From Sminthopsis crassicaudata (taxonomy: Eukaryota), in contig NC_133620.1 of NCBI RefSeq assembly GCF_048593235.1, forward strand, positions 295,817,765-295,881,764: a stretch of DNA of 64,000 bases, written 5' to 3'. This document shows positions 38,487-51,022 of this stretch, one piece after another. Numbering within the stretch: the stretch's first letter is position 1; each line of letters opens with the position of its first letter. The notes under the pieces were generated by a model that was not told the DNA's origin, did not search any database, and worked only from the letters and a program-made list of their open reading frames with translations. Made by a program: the position numbers and the translations under genes.

Positions 38487-39105
38487 AGAATTAGGAGATC
38501 ACTATACACTTCAACAATGATACTGTATGAGGATGTATTCTGATGGAAATGGATATCTTCAACATAGAGAAGAGCTAATCCAATTCCAATTGATCAATGA
38601 TGTTCAGAATCAGCTACATCCAGAAAAGGAACACTGGGAAATGAGTGTAAACTGTGAGCATTTTTTGTTTGTTTGTTTTTCTTCCCAGATTATTTTTACC
38701 TTCCGAATACAATTCTTCCTTTGCAACAACAACAAAAAAATTCGGTTCTGCACATATATATTGTACCTAGGATATACTATAAGATATTTAATATGTATGG
38801 GAATTCCTGCCATCTGGGGGCGGGGGATGGAGGGAAGGAGGGGAAAAATTCGGAACAGAAGGGAGTACAAGGGATAATGTTGTAAAAAGTTACCTATGCA
38901 TATGTACTGTCAAAAAAATGTTATAATTATAAAATTAATTTAAAAAAAAAGATTTCATCCTGGATATAGTTTCAAACAACAGGTATTTTGTATATTCAGG
39001 CTCTTGGGGCAACTGATTACCAAGTATTTATGAACTCACTCCAATTCTTGCCATTTCCACCCTGATCCCTGGTTTGACAATGAGAGAACACAATAATGCT
39101 GCACT

Positions 39106-39230
39106 TTATCATCACAGAACTCTGGAGGTTAGGAGCCAATTATCACTCTTCCCCTATGTGTCTATGGTTCAGAGATATAAGATAAAACTTTTTCATTTAT
39201 CATCAGCATATCAGCTATCAGCACCCCACT
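39106..39230. promoter_or_regulatory. GATA-motif cluster with CACCC box (candidate enhancer)
   Basis: WGATAR at 39106, 39140, 39180, 39196, 39214, plus CACCC at 39221. Confidence 0.45.
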
Positions 39231-39239
39231 CCTTTAAAA

Positions 39240-39700
39240 AAATTTTAATTAATTAATTTTAATACACATTGTTTTATGTTGAGAGAGAAAAATCAGAACA
39301 AAGAGAAAAAACCATGGGAGAGGGGGAAAAAAAAAACAACAACAAAAAAAAAGAAGTAAACATAGCAATGTGTTGATTTGCATTCAATCTCCACGGTTCT
39401 TTTTTTGGATGCAGATGGCCTTTTCTATGGAAAGTCTATTGGAATTGCCTTAGATCGCTGAACCACTGAGAAGAACCAAGTCTTTCATAGTTGATTATCC
39501 CATATTTTTGTATTATTGTGTACAATATATTCCTGATTCTGCTTGTTTCACTCAACATAAGTTGATCATTTTTTATAGAACAATAATATTCCATCACCTT
39601 CATATACAACAATTTGTTAAACCATTCCTCACTTGGGCATCTACTCTTTTTCCAATTCTTTGCTACCCCAAAAAGAGCTGCTACAAATATTTTTGCACAT
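39240..39700 (-). mobile_element. Marsupial L1 3'UTR fragment
   Basis: Reverse of L1 3'UTR motifs (gttctttttttggatgcagatggc..cactgagaagaaccaagtc..gttgat). Confidence 0.75.
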
Positions 39701-42059
39701 GCCCCTACTCCAGTCTTTATTCTCCTTTGCTCCCCTATTCCACTGCAGTCTTTGTATTGCCTGTCCTATCATTAATATGCTTCTATTTTTGTCCTCAATA
39801 TCTTCTTATATCCTTTGCATTTCCTGTCACTAGTTTAATTTGGCTTCCTGAATTCCTGGCCACCCTGTACAACTTTACAACCCACCTTTGCAACTGTCAT
39901 GTCTCAACTCTTCCCTCAGTCTCCATCATTAACTCTCTTTTCTTTTTCCTTTTTATTTTTTGAGGTTCACTATGTCACTCTCTCCAGATTCAAGCTGCAG
40001 TCAACTATCTGCTTCCAAGTTACCTTTTCCTTTTTCAAAAAATTCAGTACCTGGTTTACAGCCTCATTCTTCATATAGCATCTTGCAACACCCTGAACAG
40101 CCAAATCATTCAACCTAACTTCCATCTTCCTTCTCAGCCAGAGAAAGATTGGTCACAGCTGTTCTACCTGCATAATCCTGAGCTCTAAAATCACCCTCTT
40201 TGGTGATTGTCTTGGCTTTCTGGTTCTGTCTTATTCCTCCTAAACATCCTCTTTCATTCTCACTATCACGTCTAGCTCCTCTAGTCCATCACCTGTTTTT
40301 ACACTCTTGACCCACTAATTGTCCAGTTCAAATATCTTTCCTTCAATCCTTTTTCCATTGTCCTGTGAACTTTTTAGTTCAAGCCAATCCTGTGTTTACC
40401 CAACCACCATTCCTATTCCAGTATTGCTGAACATTTCAGAAAGAAGTAACATAACTATGTTGTTGGGTTCTCCTCAAATTTATATTATCTAGCTTCAAAT
40501 GGGTACTGTTGATAACCCTTTTATCCTTCCTGAATTGATTTCCCATCACACAGTGATGATAGTGATTATACCTTCCATACTCTTCTTTAGGCCAACACAT
40601 TCCTTTTCCTCTCTCTCTTTCCAAAGGTCCTCACCTACTTTAGTGAATACATTTCAATAAAAGCCATCCCCTTTTATCTATCTCTTCTCCCTTCCAGGAA
40701 AAAACAGTCACCCAAGCAGAGGTATTCCATCCCTCTGGGGACGTCGGGCCCTGTTAGGAGAGTGTCTCTGGAGAGGCCATTTTACAGACAAAATCAGATG
40801 GTAGAAGCTCCACTCAATAATCCAAGAAAGTCCACAAGATCCAAAACAAGTGGATAGGGTTTATAGGCTACTATTGCTGCTCCAATTGTAGAACAACCAG
40901 AATTATGGATCTAGACCCAAAGGATATCAAAAGTAGAAAAAAATCTTTGAGACAGTCTAGTTTCACTTTTACATTTTACAGATGAGAAAACTGAAAACAC
41001 TGAAAATTCAAGGGGCCAATCTATCTGGAATAAAATCCCTAATCTTTCTGACCTTATTCCTTATCCAGTTCCTCCTCTTCCCTCCAGGTGTCACTAGTGC
41101 TGCGTCTGTCCCCATTATTTCCTCTTTCCCCTGCCCCCCATCTTTGGAGAGAAATTCTCCACCTCATACTCCCCTTCTCCTAACTCTGGTCTCTCTCCCC
41201 ATCAGTGTAGGGAGGCAGCTAGAGGTACTCCAGTGACATGATTCGGATGACCCAACGTGGGGTATATGTCTTTTCCTTCATCCACATTGGGGAGCCACTA
41301 CCAAAATAAATGCTTAGTGACTTAAAGGCAGGAACCAATCCGTTGAGTCAGTTTGAATATCTTTTCTCTCTGTCACTGTGCCCCTTTTTATGCCTATTTC
41401 TGTCAGCGTGAGTGTCTACTTTTCCAGGCCTTAGTTCTGCATGACACGTGTAGGGCAGCTCTGATATCTCCCTAGGGACGGTGAGCTGATGGCTGACCAC
41501 AGCCACCTGTCTCTCCTGATGCTCACACTCTTCAGCCTGGCCCCCGCCTCCGAGCAGCTGCCCCTGGGGGAAGGGCCCGAGAGAGTGACCGACACGAGGA
41601 GAGGGAGCTACCGAACTGACAAACACGGAAAGAAAGGGACCGAGGGGGAGATGTCTAAGTAACATCCAAAGAGGAACATAAGTGGAAAGAATCGGAGAAT
41701 TATAGTTCTTAGAGCTACTAGAGGGATATCCGAGGCTACTGCTAACATCCTATCCCCACCCACACCCCGCACCGCCATTTTACAGATGAGGAAACTAAGG
41801 TCCAATGGGGCAGTTTTTCGCCCAGGTCCCCCAGGCAGTAAGCCGAACTGCTCCTCAGGGCCACCGACTCCAGCACCAGAACCCTATACAAGTAGGGAGA
41901 TACAAAAGAAATATTGGCTGGCTGACTAACTCTTATATTAACAGCGAAAGAGCCAATAGCCCTTCAGCCCGTCCTTCCTTGAGAAGCATGCAGCAATGAC
42001 GGCCCTTTACATTCCCGCTACCCTGGCCACCTCCAAGACTTGGGACGAGGGGTTACACT

Positions 42060-42160
42060 CGGGACCTGACATTTGACAGCTCCAAAGACAGGAGCTAAAA
42101 ATATATCCAGAGCGGGTTACTTCAGGCCATTGCCACTCCACCCCCGGACCCAGGATCCCG
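42060..42160 (+). promoter_or_regulatory. GLUT4 muscle enhancer homolog (E-box, MEF2, TRE-like, KLF site)
   Basis: CATTTG at 42070-42075, CTAAAAATAT at 42095-42104 (MEF2 site with last base off consensus), GGGTTACTTCAGGCCA near 42114, CCACCCCC near 42138; order resembles the described mammalian GLUT4 enhancer. Confidence 0.7.
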
Positions 42161-43045
42161 CCCCGGCACGCGTCATTTTCTGCCCCGCCCCGTTCTGGCC
42201 ACCCAAGCCAGGACTCAGTTGTAGGGGAGAAGGACTTAATCCACTCATGCCCTTTCCCTTCGAAAACCCGTTCGAGAGCGCCACTCCCCACGCTTGTACG
42301 TTTCCGCAGCCCGCACACCGGCAGGGGGTGGCGGGGACTGGGGGAGTGCGGGTACAGGACGAGTGCCCGGATAGCTCCTTCTCTGGGACTGTCTTCTCCC
42401 AATTACTTTGGGTCTCTCTGTGTAAAGGGGAAGAGCGGAGTGAGGGGGTGTGTCTCCCTGAACAGACCGCAAGGCCCGCACCTAATAGGCACAGCACCGA
42501 GCGCCCTTCACTTCAGTGGCTCCTGACTTTCCCCAAGCTCCTCCCCTTGGGCATTCTTGAGGAAGGCGGAGTTTCTCTGGGCCTCCTGGGAAGAGCGTGA
42601 CTTTGGGGGGAGTATGGGATCTCAGCCAATGGGTGTTGCGAGAAGGTGTGGCTCATGTGTGTAGGGGTGTGGTTTGTTGGAGGGGATGGGGACTCTAGGA
42701 TTAGGTGTGGGGTGTGTGTGGGGGTGGGTGGGGGATTCGCCGGGTCTCTCCCGCGTCTGGGTAGGATAAGCGTTCGTTCTGCTCCTCTCCAGCTCCTCTA
42801 CTTTGGGTCCCCCTCCCACTGTCCCATTCACCTCTCTTTTTCTCATTTCTCCAATTCCCTTCTTTCAATTTTCGCCAATTCCTTTCTCCTATTTCCCACC
42901 AGTCGGGCTACCTCCAGTCATCCTTTGGCTCCCGATTCTCAAGTTCAACCAGCTTCTTCCCCGGACTCTGTTCTGTTTCCAATTCTTTCTTGGTATTCGT
43001 AGACCCTCACCCCACCTCCAAGTTTTCCCCCTCTTCGTCACAGAG

Positions 43046-46000
43046 ATGCCGTCGGGGTTTCAGCAGATCTGGTCCGAGGTAGGGAAAACTGGTTTTCTGG
43101 GAATTGGGCTGTAAGGGATTCTCTCTAGGTTCCCCCTTTTCCTAACGGGGTTGGAGTGCGGTGAGACTCCTGCGCAGGCTCTACAGGTTCTGAGACTGTG
43201 GTGAGTAGGGGGGTGATACTGGATTGGGAGGGGGGAAGGGAGGAGAGTGCGATCAGGGGCTTCTGGCTATTTATACTATGGCTGAGACTTTAGTCTTTAC
43301 CGCTGTGAAAGGAGATTCGAAGGGAGAGTTTGGGTGGCATTTGTCAAAAACCAAACGTAGAAGCAGGACAGGTGAAGGTGCCTTATAGGAAGTCCTCAAC
43401 TCTCAGATGTTGGGATATGGGACTCCTCTTGGGGTACAGAACATCTAAGGCATAGTAACAAGAATAACTCGTTAGAAAAAGAAATAACTGGGTCGCCAGG
43501 GCGTTTCTTTGTGTCTCTAAGTCAAGGTCCCTGGTGTGATTGATACCACTTTCTGAACGCATGGCCCCACCAGGTGTTGGGGGAGGGGGAATTGGAGAGG
43601 AATATGCAGGGTCACTGCCTGGCATGTCATATTCTGAGTCGTTTGAGTATAGGAGACCTAGACATCTGGGGGCTTAGTCAGGGTATCTGAGTTTTGATTG
43701 CCCTGTCCTATTCCTCTTGGCTAGTTGCCTCCATGAGTCCCTATCCCTCTTCCCCCCCCACCCCCAACACACATACATACACCACAACCTGGCTTCTCTC
43801 CAGGTCTCTGAACTTTCCCTTTGGCTCCACAGTTAGGGAGGGGGAGGGAGAAGGAGTGTCATAAGGCGCCCCCCTCCCCCCAGCCTCCAGCTCAGGTTTC
43901 TACTGGAGAGACAATCTGTGCTGCCAGCATCTATCCTGCCAACCTCCACCCTCGCCCTCACCACCACCTTTCCTCCTGACTCCTCTGGGTACCCTCTCTC
44001 CCCACCCCCAGCAAATCTCTGGCATTGTATGGGGGGGGGAGGAGTCCAAGAGGACGTAGCTGAAAATCTTTTAAGTCTTACTTTAATGATCTAGATGACC
44101 ATATTAGAACTGTTCTCTTCAGTAGAAAATATCTGTAAGTTATATTTTGATAAATTACTTAGAGGGTAGGAAAAAGCAGGATTTGGAAAAGGTTCGGGAT
44201 CTGACATGAGCTAGTCACAAAGGAAAATGGTTTTCTAATTCTCTCACCCCGTGCCGGATTCATCCTGGCCAAGAATTCATTTTCCTTGGGTGTGGGGAGG
44301 GGAGTGGGAAGGGGCTTTCAAGAAGGCTGGAGTGAATTTCTGTGTTCCCATATGTGTGAGAGTGGATAGATTCCATTTGTTCCTCCTGCTTACACTGGGA
44401 TCTGAATTAGATTCCTAATATGGTCCTAATATTAGATTCCTAATTTTTGACTTCATTCGCTGCCCCAGTGATGGATCTGGGGATGGAAGTTTAAAAGCTT
44501 AAAAATGGTTAGCTCAAAACATCAAGGATGTTTCCTTTTCTGTTCACTATGTAGGAGGGGGATCCTCCGAGACAGCGGGTCACAGGAACCCTGATTCTTG
44601 CAGTATTCTCTGCTGTGCTTGGCTCCCTCCAGTTTGGCTACAATATTGGGGTTATCAATGCTCCACAGAAGGTGAGGGGACTGAATATTATGGCACTGAC
44701 AGGGGGGTGGAGAGATCTACCTGGTTCCCACAGGGAAGAGTAGGGGATTTTGGATGGCTGGATACTATCCTGAAAGTATATAGTATAGTATAGTTTGGAA
44801 GGAAAAAAGATCTCTTTTGGAGACAAATCACAACAGAGGACCATTCAGAGAAGGGAATTTCCTGAAGCTAAAGGAAATTAGAGAGCCCCTCTTAAAGGAC
44901 AGGGGTAAGAGTGGAGATTCTGAAGGGAATTTACCAGTGCTTACTGCCTTCCCTTCAGGTGATTGAACAGAGTTACAATGAAACATGGCTGTCTCGTCAA
45001 GGTCCGGAGGCCCCCAGATCCATCCCTCCAGGCACTCTCACCACCCTCTGGGCTCTCTCAGTTGCCATCTTCTCTGTGGGTGGCATGATCTCGTCCTTCC
45101 TTATTGGCATCATCTCCCAATGGTTGGGCAGGTACCAGAGGCTAAAGGGAGTGAGAATGGGGAGGAGGTAACAGCATGGGCAATTTCCACCACTCTTTTA
45201 CTTTCCCCATCTCAAATCTCTTGGTGTTTCTATGTCTGGCACCTATAGGAAGCGTGCTATGATAGTCAATAATGGTGTGGCTCTTCTGGGAGGAGCATTC
45301 ATGGGCTTGGCCAAGGCAGCTGCTTCTTATGAGATGCTCATCCTTGGACGATTTCTCATTGGCGCCTATTCAGGTATCCGCCAGAAACATCTCTTCATTT
45401 AGGGGAATTTGAATAACACATTCTGCCTGCCCTCCAAACCCAAGAATCTAGAGGTATGGGCATGGTGAATATGGAATTTTCGATATCTCTTATGACCTTT
45501 CTCCTGCCTCACTAGGGCTGACATCAGGACTGGTCCCTATGTATGTGGGGGAGATTGCTCCAACTCACCTTCGGGGTGCTTTAGGAACCCTCAATCAGCT
45601 AGCCATAGTCATTGGCATCCTGGTTGCCCAGGTATGCAGTTTTTTTTCTTTATCCTTACTGGGGGATTGAAATATAGAAAAAAAGGAAGGTCTCAGGGAG
45701 ATGGAAGGACAGAACCAGGAAAAAGAGGTGGTTTTAAGGGTATAGGAAAGGGGAAGGAACAATAAAGTTTTATCTCACAATCTCTCTTTTTTTCTTTTCC
45801 CTTCCTCTGCCAGGTACTAGGTTTGGATTCCATGCTGGGAACAGAGAAGCTGTGGCCACTATTGATGAGCATGACTGTACTTCCTACCCTCCTTCAACTT
45901 ATATTATTGCCCTTCTGCCCAGAGAGCCCCCGATATCTTTATATCATTCGTAACCTTGAAGGACCTGCCAGAAAAAGTAAGACACTTCCTCTTTTCAGTG

Positions 46001-49000
46001 ACAAAGGAAACCAAATATCTAAACCTTACCCAGTCTACTACTTCCCAACTATTTTCCCTCAGGATTTCATTCAAGTTACTCTACACCAGTCTTCTCTTTT
46101 CTCTAAATTCCTGCTTTTGCTAAGGACCCATGCATTTCTCCTCTAATCCTAACTCCTCTTTCCCCTACCTAGGTCTGAAGCAACTGACTGGATGGGCAGA
46201 TGTATCTGGAGCACTAGCAGAGCTGAAGGAGGAGAAACGCCAGCTAGAACGGGAGCAGCCCCTTTCCTTGCTCCAGCTTCTTCACAGCCGAACCCATCGA
46301 CAGCCTTTGGTCATTGCCATTGTGCTGCAACTCAGCCAGCAGCTGTCAGGGATCAATGCTGTAAGGGTTGGGCTGGGGACAGAAAGGTGAAGAAATAAAG
46401 ATATGAGGAGCAGGATTTGAGGTGGGGGACTAGCAGATCATGCTAGTAGACTAGGGTTAGAGTTAGAATTTAGGATTAGCATTGGAGTTTCATTTGGGAT
46501 TAGAGTAGGAGGCATTTAGGATCAATAAGAGTTAGAGTTGAAAGCATTTGGGGTTAGGTTTAAAAAATACAGTAAGATTTGAAAGAGAAATAAGGATAGT
46601 TAGAGGAGCTAACATTTTTGGACAGAAAGACTTTGGAAGTGGGAGTAAGGAGGGTTATATATTTGTGTATCTGTATTGAAGGAAAAAAAATATTAAAGGG
46701 ATTGCAGATACACATTACATAGAAGGATCAGAAAACTAGGACAATATAAGCTAGTCAGGAGAAGTCTTCTTATTTTTCATTTCCTTCTCACCCAGGTTTT
46801 CTACTATTCAACTAGCATTTTCGAATCAGCAGGAGTAGGACAGCCAGCATATGCTACCATTGGAGCAGGCGTGGTCAACACAGCTTTCACGTTGGTCTCG
46901 GTAATTGCACTGATGTGGGATCCAGGTGGAGATTATCTTTTGCCCTTAAGCCCACCTCTCTATACTAATAGAGAATTACTACTACTAATAATAATAAAGT
47001 ATACTAATGTAGAATGAGAAGAGCTCCCTCTTTTTCCATTTTCTCACTTGGATCTTTCCTTTCTCTTTCAGCTCTTCCCCCATTTTGCTTCTACTCAAGG
47101 ACCCAATCTTAAGGCCTCTTGCTTTTCCCTCCCCAGGTATTTCTAGTGGAACGGGCTGGGCGTCGGACATTACATCTCTTGGGCCTGGCTGGAATGTGTG
47201 GATGTGCTATTTTGATGACTGTGGCTCTTCTCTTGCTGGTGATGACCTTGGGTTAGGTTGGGGGAGGGGTGGAAAAAAGCCAATGTCCACTTCTGGGGAG
47301 AGTCACCATACTTAAGAAATGCCTGTGAAGCTCTGATCCTTTGGGAGGGGGAGAGGGTATATAGCAATGCTATTTCTACAATAATCTCCATGGTCCCAGA
47401 AACAGGATGTCATCATCCCCTCAATTCCGGTGCTTTCCTTAGCCTCTCCGAGACAGTTATATTTCTTGGTTGTTTGTATTTATCATTTTTATCTGGGCTT
47501 AGGAGTAATATAACAGGGCTTTGAGGAAAGTCTGAACTACAATTCTTAGAACTTCTGAAATTTTTATACGTCCTAGACACCAGAGTCTCTCAGGAACTGT
47601 TTGGGAGCAGTAGTCCTTGTGCACCCCCAGCAGCCAAATTATGATCCTCAGATGCCTTTAGGAGACTTGCTATGTATTGAAGAAACTGGCTGCCCCAGAT
47701 GTTGCTATAACTTGTATTCCCCTCAGTCCTCATTGAGATAGCTTTTGGAACTATAATTTCCTTAGAGGATCCAAGGAACTTCTGATTTTTTTAGAAAAGC
47801 ATGAAATGTAAACTGACTGTCTCTGTTATCCTTGCTATTCAGGAACGGGTTCCTGCCATGAGCTATGCCAGTATGATAGCCATCTTTGGCTTTGTGGCTT
47901 TCTTTGAGATTGGTCCAGGTCCTATCCCATGGTTCATTGTGGCTGAACTCTTTAGTCAGGGACCCCGACCAGCTGCCATGGCTTTGGCTGGCTTCTCCAA
48001 CTGGACATGCAATTTCATTGTGGGTATGAGCTTCCAATACATTGCGGTAAGTCCTTTTTTCTTTCCCCAACTCATACACATACCATATCCCACAGGTGAA
48101 TTTCAGGTAGAAATTTTCCTATCAGATCATTAACTGCAGTATAGGAAGAGATACTCTAACCTCTTATTTTCCATTTCTGTTCTGTTCACTTCCCTGCTAC
48201 CACCTGATCTCCATATACATAAAAATTCAAGGCCTAACTGATGGGAAAGACACATATAGAGCAATATATATATCCACACATGTGCATATATCTACCTCTG
48301 TGTGTGGGTGAAGGTGTGTGGATGTGTGTTGTGTGTGTTTTCCTTTCTTGGCTTCCTATTTGTAGAATATCAGAATTGAGAAAGCCTTATAGATTATCTG
48401 TCCAACTAATACCTCAACAAGAATCCTCTCTATAATCTACATAATAACTAGTCAACCAGCCTTTACCTGAATGCTTCCAATGTTGTTCAAGGATTTTTTC
48501 AGCCTAGTGGCATAGCAGAGAGAAATTCCCAGACTAGGGCAGTGCTCAGAAAAAGCCAAGTCAAGGAGAAGAAATGCAATTTTTATGAGTAATTATTCTT
48601 TGAATTAAATGTATTGAAATAAACAATGTATCTTTGCTCTTAATTCAATTCTACTCTCCTCCCTACTATTTTACTGTTAAGTCCATATCAACCCTCCTTC
48701 CCAAACCTGTAACTGTTAGGACCACCACCCTATCTGATATCCTTGTAGTCCTATGGATTGTGACCACTATTCTCCTAAGCTAGCTACTTCTTACCTTTGC
48801 TCTAGGATGCCAGTGGCCCTTATGTCTTCCTCCTCTTTGCTGTCCTCCTGCTTGGCTTCTTTTTATTCACCTACTTGAAGGTGCCAGAAACACGGGGCCG
48901 AACATTTGACCAGATATCTGCAGCCTTTCGACGGACCCCATCATTGCTGGAACAGGAAGTGAAGCCCAGCACAGAACTTGAATACCTGGGACCAGATGAG

Positions 49001-49009
49001 AATGACTGA
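43046..49009 (+). CDS. SLC2A4: Facilitated glucose transporter GLUT4, 11 exons, 509 aa
   Basis: Exons 43046-43078 ([11 protein letters not shown]), 44555-44671, 44959-45131, 45249-45373, 45516-45631, 45814-45976, 46173-46360, 46796-46900, 47137-47238, 47843-48046, 48806-49009 ([23 protein letters not shown]); total 1530 nt. FQQI, LL and TELEY trafficking motifs intact. Confidence 0.99.
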
Positions 49010-50057
49010 GAGGAAGGGTGGAAGTACACCTTTTCCCTTTCACCCTTAATTGAACTCTCCTCCTCTCTGCAGCACTTTAAGTTCCCCTTTCTAATCCCCA
49101 CAAGGACAGGAAGGAATATCTTAGGTCTGGTGGTACTGGGGGCTAATATATATGGCTTGAATTCCTCTTACCCCCCCCCAAACCCATTCCCTTTAGTGTG
49201 AATCTCTTATATTTATATGGGTGGGACTTGGGGTATAAATATAGGCAGGGCTATGTCCCCAACCTCCTTACCCCCAAGGGTTCCCTGACCCCTCTCTCCT
49301 ATTTCTAACCTGAGATTTCGATTCCCTTCTGCTACAAAGGAGTACCAAAAATCCCCTAGGATTTTCCCAAATGGGAACTATAAGTAGCCTGTGTTTTTTT
49401 TTTTTTTTTTAAAGAGGAAGAAGCCTAGGGCCTAGCTCCCTAAGTTATCATCCCCTCTTGATTTCCTATGAGGGTACCCCTCACATCCAACCTGACAAAG
49501 CCAAAGAAATGGGTGGTAGGCCCATTGGGTGGGGAAATACATGAGTATTCATGTTGAGAAAGCTCTAGGGAAGGTACTTCCTTTCACTTTTTCATTCTTT
49601 TGGAGAGATTGTGCACTACCTGTTAAGGGAAGCTCTAAGGATACCACCTCACCCTTCACATCATTCTCTCCCTTGGGAAGACTGCACGTGATTGGGAGGA
49701 CTCTAGGAAAGAATTTCCCTTCCCTTACTCCTGACCTTTGGTTAAATTGCACATAGTAGGGGATTGCTCTAGTATACCTCCTTTTGTTATCTTTTGGGGA
49801 GACTGCACATGGTAGTCAACATTCTAGGGAAGATACCTCCATTCTGGCTTTTGGGTAGCATTACCACAAATATGCCAGTTAAGTCTTTCTTTTATGGATT
49901 CCCACTTACTAAAAGCCTTAAAGTAGGGCATTGTGTCCCACCAAATTCACTCTCACCCTGAAATGAATTTTGTATAGGTAGCCCTTTTGAGCGCCTGGCA
50001 AAAATACAAACAAAAAAACTCCCAAAACAAAAACAGCATGGAGGCTTCTGTTGGTGT

Positions 50058-50063
50058 AATAAA
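50058..50063 (+). terminator. SLC2A4 polyadenylation signal AATAAA
   Basis: AATAAA about 1 kb after the stop, followed by a T-rich tract. Confidence 0.6.
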
Positions 50064-50129
50064 AAGGCTGATTGGAGCCTTTGAACATTTTTATATGTTT
50101 GTGTAGAAAGAAAAAAAAATATATACTTA

Positions 50130-50197
50130 ATGTATATATACATATATATGTTTATATATATATATATGTATATATATACATATATATATATATATAA
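50130..50197. repeat. (TA)n-type microsatellite between SLC2A4 and YBX2 3' ends
   Basis: Interrupted TATATA/TATG run. Confidence 0.9.
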
Positions 50198-51022
50198 AGG
50201 TCACTATATAAAAGGCAAGTGTGCTTTTTTTAAGGGATGCAGAATTGGAGCTGGCTTCTCAGTTCTGGGACAAATGTCAGACATCTGTTAGCATCTGCCC
50301 CATCCTCTTTTCCTGTCTGTTCCTTTAATACCTAGTCCAGCCTATTTCCTACTCTCACAAGGCTTCCTTTGGTCCTGGGGTATGCTCTAGCATCCGAAGC
50401 AATAGCTTTCATACCCTCCAAGATCACCACCTGTACCAATATTCCTAAATTCTTTGGTCACTCATACTAACTCATAACACCTTAGCTTCTGGTCATGAGA
50501 ACAGAGTAGAGGCAGAAACATGGACAGCTGTGCAAATTTTTTTTTTTTTACTGGAGGCTCAGGTGGCACATGACATTTCACCAAATGGCTTCAGAGTTTG
50601 GGGTGGGGGAGGGAGAAGACCCAAAAAATAAACTGGGGTGGGGGGGAAGGGAGATCTGGCTCCAGTGGACAAAGGATGTACTCCCTTCCTTCCACCCTTG
50701 GGGGTGGGGGTGGGGGGTTTGAACCAAATTAAAAAGTTGTTCTACCCTCCTGGGTCCTGGGAAGGAGGGGACAGGGTGAAGGCCGCTGTTTCAATGTCAT
50801 GGATTTTTTTGGAGGGGGGGAGGGAGACAGGGAAGGAGCAGTTGGAAAAAGTCGGCAGATACCTAAAGAAAAAAAAAAATGAAGAGAAAAAGGAAGGTGT
50901 TAAAAGAATATTTGAAAATGCTATTTGCCACTCCCCTATCCCCAACCCTTGTCTTTCAATATGGCCTCAAGCTATAGGGATACTCAACCAGATAGCTGCT
51001 CTAGTTGTCCCCCTAGTTGGAA

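Larger units (their letters stand above)
37451..38948 (+). mobile_element. 5'-truncated L1 (ORF2 C-terminus, 3'UTR, A tail) with TSD, carrying two secondary insertions
   Basis: ORF 37489-37794 is the L1 ORF2 C-terminus; TSD aagatttcatcc(a/t)gg at 37436-37450 and 38949-38963. Confidence 0.93.
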
